NCBI GenBank assembly: GCA_964035575.1
Contig: OZ037838.1
Location: forward strand, 930,001 to 994,000
From: Rhynchopus sp. YZ270_cl-10
Taxonomy: Eukaryota
Direction: 5' to 3'
DNA: 64,000 nucleotides
Positions 12,001 through 19,833 of the stretch are shown in pieces. Position 1 is the stretch's first letter. Each line of letters begins with the position of its first letter. The notes under the pieces are model-generated. The model ran no database searches. It was given only the letters and a program-made list of their open reading frames with translations, and was not told the DNA's origin. Position numbers and translations under genes: made by a program.

Positions 12001-13292
12001 TTTTGTGGAATTTTGTGAAAAGTTGTGAATAGTTGTGAAAAGTTGTGATTTTGATTGAAAATTGTGAAAAGTTGTGAAAGTTGTGAAAAGTTGTGAATAG
12101 TTGTGAAAAGTTGTGATTTTGATTGAAATTTTGTGAAACTTTGTGAAACGCCGCCCCCCGGATAGCACCAGATGTGACCTTTGTGCTGGAAGAGTCAGGC
12201 GTGACTGCGACAGTGGAGGTGCCGTGCGAGGCGGACGTTGCAGCGGCAAAGGAGGTTGCGTGCACGGCGCTTGCTGTCTCGCCTGCGTCTGTCGAGATGC
12301 GCATCGGCACGCAGGTGCTGGAGGGGACGTGCCGTCTGCAGGACACTGCGTTTGATTCAGGGGTGCAGGTTGTGCTTGCCTGTCCTCACTTTGCTGACAT
12401 CAAGTGTCCTGCTCAGTACAATTCAAAGATGTCACATAGGAACCTGCTGTTGTCGCTGTCGCGTTGTGGAACGCTCTGCGTCTATGGTGACTGGATGGGG
12501 CATGTTGGCGGCTTCGACACAGAAACCTTCGACACTGTCTTCTGGTTCAAAGTGGACGATGTTGTGCGCGGTGCGCCTGCCATCTCTCGGTGCAAGACAC
12601 GCTGCTACCTGCCGTTTAAGTATTACCTTCTCGGGGTTGCGCTTCCGGGTGGGGAGGTGGTCCACAAAGTCAACGGCCTCTCCATTTTATTACGGGCGTG
12701 TGGCGGTGTTGTTGTCTCGAAGGGCGACGAAGGCGTCTCTGTGTATGACGAAGACCTGACGTTGCTCCGCTCTCTCTCGCACGAAAGCTGTAAGCGAGCG
12801 GCAGTGTCGGACTGTGGTGGATGGGTGCTGTCCTCTTCCGACAAGGAGTACAACATACGTCTGTGGGATGTAAACACAGGTGTTGCTGTTGCATGTGTAC
12901 CTGCGGATTGCTGGGGTCGACTGGAGCTTTCACGGTCCGCCTCTGTGTTTGCTGTGGAAGGGAAAAACACCATGCAGCTCTATGATTGGAGTGGTGCGGC
13001 TCTTCACAGTGTTGATGTGGGTGAGAATCTCTGGGGCATGCAGTTCACACCATGTGGGAAGTACCTTGTGGTGGGGGTTCATGTTGCTGAGTCTGATGAT
13101 GACGAAGACGACAGTTCTGAGTACAGTTCACAACTGCACCAGTATGATGTGGCGACCATGTCTTGTGTGCATGTGATACCGCAAAACTCAGGTGTGTACT
13201 TTGAGATATCGCCGTGTTCACGTGTTGTTGTGGTTGGGAAATCACATGGCGTCATTGTGACAAAGCATCTGTACCCACACAACAGTGAGTGA
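9038..13292 (+). CDS. UBL-WD40 family copy 6, interrupted after codon 3 by a 3.1-kb transposon (pseudogene, or rescued by splicing)
   Basis: ATGATGGATGT at 9038-9048. The gene resumes GATGTGACCTTT at 12171 and is open to 13292. Confidence 0.75.
9071..9490. repeat. 10-mer array (TTTTCACAAC)n followed by inverted (GTTGTGAAAA)n
   Basis: Directly visible; orientation flips at ~9232. Confidence 0.9.
11858..12147. repeat. 10-mer array (TCTTCACAAC)n then (GTTGTGAAAA)n
   Basis: Directly visible; right subterminal array of the 9049-12170 element. Confidence 0.9.
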
Positions 13293-13615
13293 TGTGTGAC
13301 CAGGGGAGGGGAGGGAGAGTGGTGATCAAAATATCCAAGAGTACCAGCGAAAAAACCCAAGACCTCAAAACACCCCCAAGAAGCTCCCTTTTAGCCCTGT
13401 TACTACTTTTCTCTTTTTTGTTTACCTGCCACAGGCCGCCCACCTTACACGCTGCCCATGCGGCGCTCTCGTGTGGGTGACACATCGCGATGTTGAGTGT
13501 TGTTTTCCATTCGTCACCTCTCACAACGATAACCACCACAGACATGCAACACACAACAACACCTCTCCCCACCCACCCACCCCGTGAGCAGTGGAGCAAA
13601 ACAGAAGAAGAAACA

Positions 13616-14743
13616 ATGATGGATGTGACCTTTGTGCTGGAAGAGTCAGGCGTGACTGCGACAGTGGAGGTGCCGTGCGAGGCGAAGGTTGCAGCGGCAA
13701 AGCAGGTTGCGTGCACGGCGCTTGCTGTCTCGCCTGCGTCTGTCGAGATGCGCATCGGCACGCAGGTGCTGGAGGGGACGTGCCGTCTGCAGGACACTGC
13801 GTTTGATGCAGGGGTGCAGGTTGTACTTGCCCGCCGCTTTGCTGACATCAAGTGTCCTGCTCAGTGCAGTACCCAGGGCAACGTGCAGAGCTTCTCGCTG
13901 TCTCGTTGTGGAACGCTTTGTCTCTCTTTCCACAGGACTGACGATGCACGTATTGCCTGCGTAGGCTTTGACACAGAAACCTTCGACACCGCCTTCACGT
14001 TTGACACAGATTTTCGATGCTATGGCCTAGCTGATATCTCACGGTGCAAGACACGCTGCTACCTGGTGTGTGGGTATCACTTCCTCGAGGTTGCGCTTCC
14101 GGGTGGGGAGGTGCTCCGCAAAGTCGACGGCACCTGTACGTCAGTGTTTGCGTGTGGCAATGTTGTTGTCTCAAAGGGCAAAGACGGCGTCTCTGTGTAT
14201 GACGAAGACCTGATGTTGCTCCGCACCCTTTGGCACGAGTGGTGCAGTGAAGTTGCAGTGTCGAACTGTGGTGGGTGGGTGATCACCTCCTCTTTCAGCG
14301 AGAAGAACACACGTCTGTGGGATGTCAACACAGGAGAAGCTGTGGCATGTGTGCCTATGCATGGGTGGCATATGGCGATCTCACAGGTTGCCTCTGTCTT
14401 TGCTGTGGCTGGCTCTGACACTGTGGATGATGCGTGCTCTAGCAAAGTACACCTCTATGACTGGCGTGGTGTTGCCCTTGGCAGCTTTGAAAAGGAGGAT
14501 TATCTAGTCTGTGGCGTGCATTTCACTCCGTGTGGGAAGTACGTCGTAGTTGCGTTTGTCGATGAGGCGGATGTATATCCCGACACATGTCCACTCCACC
14601 AGTATGATGTGGCGACCATGTCCTGTGTGCGTGTGATACCGGACAGCAAAGGTGCATTTGCGATATCACCGTGTTCACGTGTGGTTATGTTTGAGCCATC
14701 AGAAGGTGATGCCCTTGTTACGAGACATCTGTACCCCTACTGA
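13616..14743 (+). CDS. UBL-WD40 family copy 7
   Basis: Intact paralogous ORF. Confidence 0.85.
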   Translation: MMDVTFVLEESGVTATVEVPCEAKVAAAKQVACTALAVSPASVEMRIGTQVLEGTCRLQDTAFDAGVQVVLARRFADIKCPAQCSTQGNVQSFSLSRCGTLCLSFHRTDDARIACVGFDTETFDTAFTFDTDFRCYGLADISRCKTRCYLVCGYHFLEVALPGGEVLRKVDGTCTSVFACGNVVVSKGKDGVSVYDEDLMLLRTLWHEWCSEVAVSNCGGWVITSSFSEKNTRLWDVNTGEAVACVPMHGWHMAISQVASVFAVAGSDTVDDACSSKVHLYDWRGVALGSFEKEDYLVCGVHFTPCGKYVVVAFVDEADVYPDTCPLHQYDVATMSCVRVIPDSKGAFAISPCSRVVMFEPSEGDALVTRHLYPY

Positions 14744-15126
14744 GTGATGTTTTTTGTGTGATGAAAACCAGAGTAGCCCTCATGAGCGGGACAGCGCGCA
14801 GCAGAGAGTCTCTTGGCAGGTCAGAGGCGTGCAGTCCCTGGAGACCCTGTGTGGGAAGTACCTCCTCGCTGTCGCTGAGTACTGCGGTGTGTTGCTATCG
14901 TGCGTTGCATCAGTATTTGCGTTGCACCCTCGACCTGCTAGCCTGTGAGGGAATTCATTTTGAGACATTTTGAGGATAACAACCACACCACCCTTTACCT
15001 TTATTTTTCACTTTTGCTTTGTTAAAACCCTCTTCTGTTGGTGGAAACTACAGACACACAAACACGCAAGACAACCCACACCTCATCTCCTTCCTAACAG
15101 AGGTGGAACAAGAAGAAGACAAAACA

Positions 15127-16287
15127 ATGGATGTGACCTTTGTGCTGGAAGAGTCAGGCGTGACTGCGACAGTGGAGGTGCCGTGCGAGGCAGACGTTGC
15201 AGCGGCAAAGGAGGTTGCGTGCACGGCGCTTGCTGTCTCGCCTGCGTCTGTCGAGATGCGCATCGGCACGCAGGTGCTGGAGGGGACGTGCCGTCTGCAG
15301 GACACTGCGTTTGATGCAGGGGTGCAGGTTGTGCTTGCCCGCCGCTTTGCCGACATCAAGTGTCCTGCTGAGTGCAGTATCCAGGGCAACGTGCAGAGCT
15401 TCTCGCTGTCTCGTTGTGGAACGCTTTGTCTCTCTTTCCACAAGACTGACGATGCACGTATTGCCTGCGTAGGCTTTGACACAGAAACCTTCGACACTGC
15501 CTTCACGTTTGACACAGATTTTCGATGCTATGGCCAAGCTGCGATCTCGCAGTGCAAGACACGCTGCTACCTGGCGTGTTTGCAGGAAGGCCTTCTCGAG
15601 GTTGCGCTTCCGGGTGGGGAGGTGCTCCGCAAAGTCGACGGCATCTGGAAGTCAGTGTACGCGTATGGCGGTGTTGTTGTCTCGAAGGGCATGGACGGCG
15701 TCTCTGTGTATGACGAAAACCTGACGTTGCTCCGCTCTCTCTCGCACGAAGGGTGCAGTGAAGTTGCAGTGTCGAACTGTGGTGGGTGGGTGATCACCTC
15801 CTCCTACAGTGAGAAGAACGTACGTCTGTGGGATGTGAACACAGGTGAAGCTGTGGCATGTGTGCCTACGAAGGGCCCCACCCAGCGCCACGGCCCGCCG
15901 ACGTTTTGTTATAGAGTGGCGCTTTCACGGTCTGCCTCCGTCTTTGCTGTGGACGGGAGAAACACCGTGCAGCTCTGTGATTGGAGTGGCGCGGCTCTTC
16001 ACAGTGTTAATGTAGGTGAGGATCTCTGGGGCATGCAGTTCACACCATGTGGGAAGTACCTTGTGGTGGGGGTTCATGTTGTTGAGTCTGATGATGACGA
16101 AGACGACAGTTTTGAGTACAGTTCACAACTGCACCAGTATGATGTGGCGACCATGTCCTGTGTGCATGTGATACCGCAAAACTCAGGTGTGTCCTTTGCG
16201 ATATCGCCGTGTTCACGTGTGGTTGTGGTTTTGCAATTAGATGGCGTCATTGCGATAAAGCATCTGTACCCACACAACAGTGAGTGA
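15127..16287 (+). CDS. UBL-WD40 family copy 8
   Basis: Intact paralogous ORF. Confidence 0.85.
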   Translation: MDVTFVLEESGVTATVEVPCEADVAAAKEVACTALAVSPASVEMRIGTQVLEGTCRLQDTAFDAGVQVVLARRFADIKCPAECSIQGNVQSFSLSRCGTLCLSFHKTDDARIACVGFDTETFDTAFTFDTDFRCYGQAAISQCKTRCYLACLQEGLLEVALPGGEVLRKVDGIWKSVYAYGGVVVSKGMDGVSVYDENLTLLRSLSHEGCSEVAVSNCGGWVITSSYSEKNVRLWDVNTGEAVACVPTKGPTQRHGPPTFCYRVALSRSASVFAVDGRNTVQLCDWSGAALHSVNVGEDLWGMQFTPCGKYLVVGVHVVESDDDEDDSFEYSSQLHQYDVATMSCVHVIPQNSGVSFAISPCSRVVVVLQLDGVIAIKHLYPHNSE

Positions 16288-16631
16288 TGTGTGGCCAAGG
16301 GAGGGGAGGGGGAGGGTGGTGATGAATATAACCCAGAGTCCCAGGGGAAAAACCCAAGACCTCAAAACACCCAAGAAACTCCCCTTTCAGCCCTGTTGCT
16401 GTTTTTCTCTCGTTTGCCTGCCACAGCTCACACGCTGCCCATGCGGCGCTCTCGTGTGGGTGACAGATCGCGATGCTGAGTATCATTTTCCATTCGTCAC
16501 CTCTCACAACGAGAACCACCACAAACATGCAACACAGACCAACACCTCTCCCCCACCCACCTCATCACTCCCTCCGTTTGTGGTGGAGCAAACGTGCTGA
16601 TTTGCACCTTCTCACGGAGCAACGCAAAACA

Positions 16632-17789
16632 ATGGATGTGACCTTTGTGCTGGAAGAGTCAGGCGTGACTGCGACAGTGGAGGTGCCGTGCGAGGCGGAC
16701 GTTGCAGCGGCAAAGGAGGTTGCGTGCACGGCGCTTGCTGTCTCGCCTGCGTCTGTCGAGATGCGCATCGGCACGCAGGTGCTGGAGGGGACGTGCCGTC
16801 TGCAGGACACTGCGTTTGATGCAGGGGTGCAGGTTGTGCTTGCCTGTCCTCGTTTTGCCAACATCAAGTGTCCTGCTCAGTACAGTACCCAGGGCAACGT
16901 GCAGAGCTTCTCGCTGTCTCGTTGTGGAACGCTTTGTCTCTCTTTCCACAAGACTGACGATGCACGTATTGCCTGCGTAGGCTTTGACACAGAAACCTTC
17001 GACACTGCCTTCACGTTTGACACAGATTTTCGATGCTTTGGCCAAGCTGCGATCTCGCAGTGCAAGACACGCTGCTACCTGGCAAGCGAGCAAGGCCTTC
17101 TCGAGGTTGCGCTTCCGGGTGGGGAGGTGGTCCGCAAAGTCGACGGCGTCTCGAAGTCAGTGTACGCGTGTGGCAGTGTTGTTGTCTCGAAGGGCAGAGA
17201 TGGCGTTTCTGTGTACGACGAAGACCTGACGTTGCTCCGCTCTCTCTTGCATGAGATGTGCAGTGAAGTTGCAGTGTCGGACTGTGGTGGGTGGGTGATC
17301 ACCTCCTCCTACAAGGAGAAGAACGTACGTCTGTGGGATGTGAACACAGGTGAAGCTGTGGCATGTGTACCTACGAAGGGGCGGGGCATGGCGCTGGGTG
17401 GGGCGACGTCTTGTTGTAGAGTGGCGCTTTCAAGGTCTGCCTCCGTCTTTGCTGTGGAAGGGAAAAACACCATGCAGCTCTATGACTGGAGTGGTGCGGC
17501 CCTTCGCAGCGTTGATGTGGGTGAGAATCTCTGGGGCATGCAGCTCACACCATGTGGGAAGTACCTTGTGGTGGGGGTTCATGTTGCTGACTCGGGTGAT
17601 GACGAAGGTGACATTGTTGAGTACAGTTCACAACTGCACCAGTATGATGTGTCGACCATGTCCTGTGTGCATGTGATGTCGCAAGTGCCAGGCGTCTTTG
17701 CGATATCACCGTGTTCACGTGTTGTTGTGGATATGCAATCAAACGGTGTCATTGCGATAAAGCATCTGTACCCACACAACAGTGAGTGA
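16632..17789 (+). CDS. UBL-WD40 family copy 9
   Basis: Intact paralogous ORF. Confidence 0.85.
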   Translation: MDVTFVLEESGVTATVEVPCEADVAAAKEVACTALAVSPASVEMRIGTQVLEGTCRLQDTAFDAGVQVVLACPRFANIKCPAQYSTQGNVQSFSLSRCGTLCLSFHKTDDARIACVGFDTETFDTAFTFDTDFRCFGQAAISQCKTRCYLASEQGLLEVALPGGEVVRKVDGVSKSVYACGSVVVSKGRDGVSVYDEDLTLLRSLLHEMCSEVAVSDCGGWVITSSYKEKNVRLWDVNTGEAVACVPTKGRGMALGGATSCCRVALSRSASVFAVEGKNTMQLYDWSGAALRSVDVGENLWGMQLTPCGKYLVVGVHVADSGDDEGDIVEYSSQLHQYDVSTMSCVHVMSQVPGVFAISPCSRVVVDMQSNGVIAIKHLYPHNSE

Positions 17790-18129
17790 TGTGTGGCCAA
17801 GGGAGGGGAGGGGGAGGGTGGTGATGAATATAACCCAGAGTCCCAGGGGAAAAAACCCAAGACCTCAAAACACCCAAGAAACTCCCCTTTCAGCCCTGTT
17901 GCTGTTTTTCTCTTGTATGCCTGCCACAGGTCGCCCACCTCACACGCTGCCCATGCGGCGCTCTCGTGTGGGTGACAGATCGCGATGCTGAGTATCATTT
18001 TCCTTTCATGTCACAACGAGAACCACCACACACAGAACAACACCTCTCCCCCACCCACCTCATCACTCCCTCCGTTTGTGGTGGAGCAACCGTGCTGATT
18101 TGCACCTTCTCACGGAGCAACGCAAAACA

Positions 18130-19281
18130 ATGATGGATGTGACCTTTGTGCTGGAAGAGTCAGGCGTGACTGCGACAGTGGAGGTGCCGTGCGAGGCGGA
18201 CATTGCAGCGGCAAAGGAGGTTGCGTGCACGGCGCTTGCTGTCTCGCCTGCGTCTGTCGAGATGCGCATCGGCACGCAGGTGCTGGAGGGGACGTGCCGT
18301 CTGCAGGACACTGCGTTTGATGCAGGGGTGCAGGTTGTGCTTGCCCGCCCTCGCTTGGCCGACATCAAGTGTCCTGCTGAGTACAGTGTAGAGGTGCCCA
18401 CTGGTGGGCAGGACATGAATGTAAATCTGTTTTCGCTGTCTCCTTGTGGAGCACTCTGCCTCTTTACACAGAAGGCAGGCTATGTCACGGGCCTCAATAC
18501 CGAAACCTTCAGCCCTGCCTTCAAGTTCAAAGTAGACATTGATGTGTACGGTGTGCCTGCCATCTCACGGTGCAAGACACGCTGCTACCTGGCGTGCAGG
18601 GAAGGTATGCACGAGGTTGCGCTTCCGGGTGGGGAGGTGCTCCGCAAAGTTGACGGCACCTCGTACTCAGTGGACAGCATCTCGCACTCAGTGTTCGCGT
18701 GTGGCAATGTTGTTGTCTCGAAGGGCAAAGACGTCGTCTCTGTGTATGACGAAGACCTGACGTTGGTCCGCTTTCTCTCACACAAGAGCTGCAGGTACGT
18801 GGCAGTGTCGGACTGTGGTGGGTGGGTGATCAGCTCTTCCCACGTAGAGCTGAATGTATATCTGTGGGATGTGAACACAGGTGTTGCTGTGGCATGTGTC
18901 GATATGACGGGCGAACGCAAAGTAGCGCTTTCACGGTCTGCCTCTGTCTTTGCTGTGGCGGGCTGTGGCAGCGGTAGGCATAACGAAGTGCGACTCTATG
19001 ATTGGAGTGGTGCGGCTCTGGGAAGCTTTGGTAAGGCGGGGCGTTTTCATATCTGTTACATGCAGTTCGCCCCGTGTGGGAAGTATCTCGTACTTGAGTT
19101 TGTGGACGAGTACCATGAATATTCACTGCACCAGTATGATGTGGCGACCATGTCCTGTGTGCGTGTGTTCCCTGTAGTAGCTTTCTACTCTTCCTTTGCG
19201 ATATCGCCGTGTTCCCGTGTGATACTATTTGCGAACTCGCGACGAGACACCATTGTGACGAGACATCTGTACCCCTACTGA
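18130..19281 (+). CDS. UBL-WD40 family copy 10
   Basis: Intact paralogous ORF. Confidence 0.85.
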   Translation: MMDVTFVLEESGVTATVEVPCEADIAAAKEVACTALAVSPASVEMRIGTQVLEGTCRLQDTAFDAGVQVVLARPRLADIKCPAEYSVEVPTGGQDMNVNLFSLSPCGALCLFTQKAGYVTGLNTETFSPAFKFKVDIDVYGVPAISRCKTRCYLACREGMHEVALPGGEVLRKVDGTSYSVDSISHSVFACGNVVVSKGKDVVSVYDEDLTLVRFLSHKSCRYVAVSDCGGWVISSSHVELNVYLWDVNTGVAVACVDMTGERKVALSRSASVFAVAGCGSGRHNEVRLYDWSGAALGSFGKAGRFHICYMQFAPCGKYLVLEFVDEYHEYSLHQYDVATMSCVRVFPVVAFYSSFAISPCSRVILFANSRRDTIVTRHLYPY

Positions 19282-19833
19282 GTAGTGGTCGCGAGCTACT
19301 AACAACCCATTATTTTTTCTTGAAAAATCTCTGTGCACTCAGAAAGACACATGAATGTGCCCCATAACACTTTTTTTCCAGTGTCCCGCCATTTTTCGCA
19401 TTTTGTGGGGGGATAAAACACAAAGGGTTCAGGACGACTGACGTCTATACCTTCTGTAGTACAAAGGCTTCGGCCGAGTTTGAGTACAGAATTTTGTTCC
19501 GTTTTTGCAGCCAAGTAGTTGTCGACACAACAAACATGGTTATATAGGGGCCGGTACAATGGCGTTTTTTTCACGCGTTTTTCATGATTTTTGAAAGTGG
19601 CCAAAAAAAAAAACAATACTGCTTCCCACCCCGCATGCCCCCCACCACGTTCTGACACCCATATGCACAAAAAACGGAAAAACACCCCGACCTTCCCGGT
19701 CAATAATGAGTGCGTTACGTTCTCCCCTATCCCCGGTCCCGCCGAAAATCCCGCTCTTTTTTCTTTGAAACTAGCCTACCCCTCCCCCTCCCCCCTCCCC
19801 TCTTCTCCTTTCCCTTCTTCTCCCTTGAAAAAA

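Larger units (their letters stand above)
9049..12170. mobile_element. Non-autonomous foldback-type DNA transposon with 40-bp perfect TIRs and a 5-bp TSD
   Basis: TIR TGGTGCTATCCGGGGGGCGGCGTTTCACAAAGTTTCACAA at both ends. TSD GATGT at 9044-9048 and 12171-12175. Subterminal arrays of TTTTCACAAC/GTTGTGAAAA. No intact ORF inside. Confidence 0.9.

Noticed and set aside
9071..12147. CRISPR array, telomere or coding repeat (FHNFSQLFTT ORFs)
   Set aside because: 10-mer tandem units without spacers, inside a TSD-flanked transposon. The ORFs are by-products of the repeat.
14754..14940. Additional gene between copies 7 and 8
   Set aside because: Short GC-rich debris with one CGKYL-like match and no ATG-initiated ORF of note
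79..19281. Diversity-generating retroelement behind the variable loops
   Set aside because: No intact RT and no template-repeat/variable-repeat pair. Differences are not adenine-specific and include many indels.
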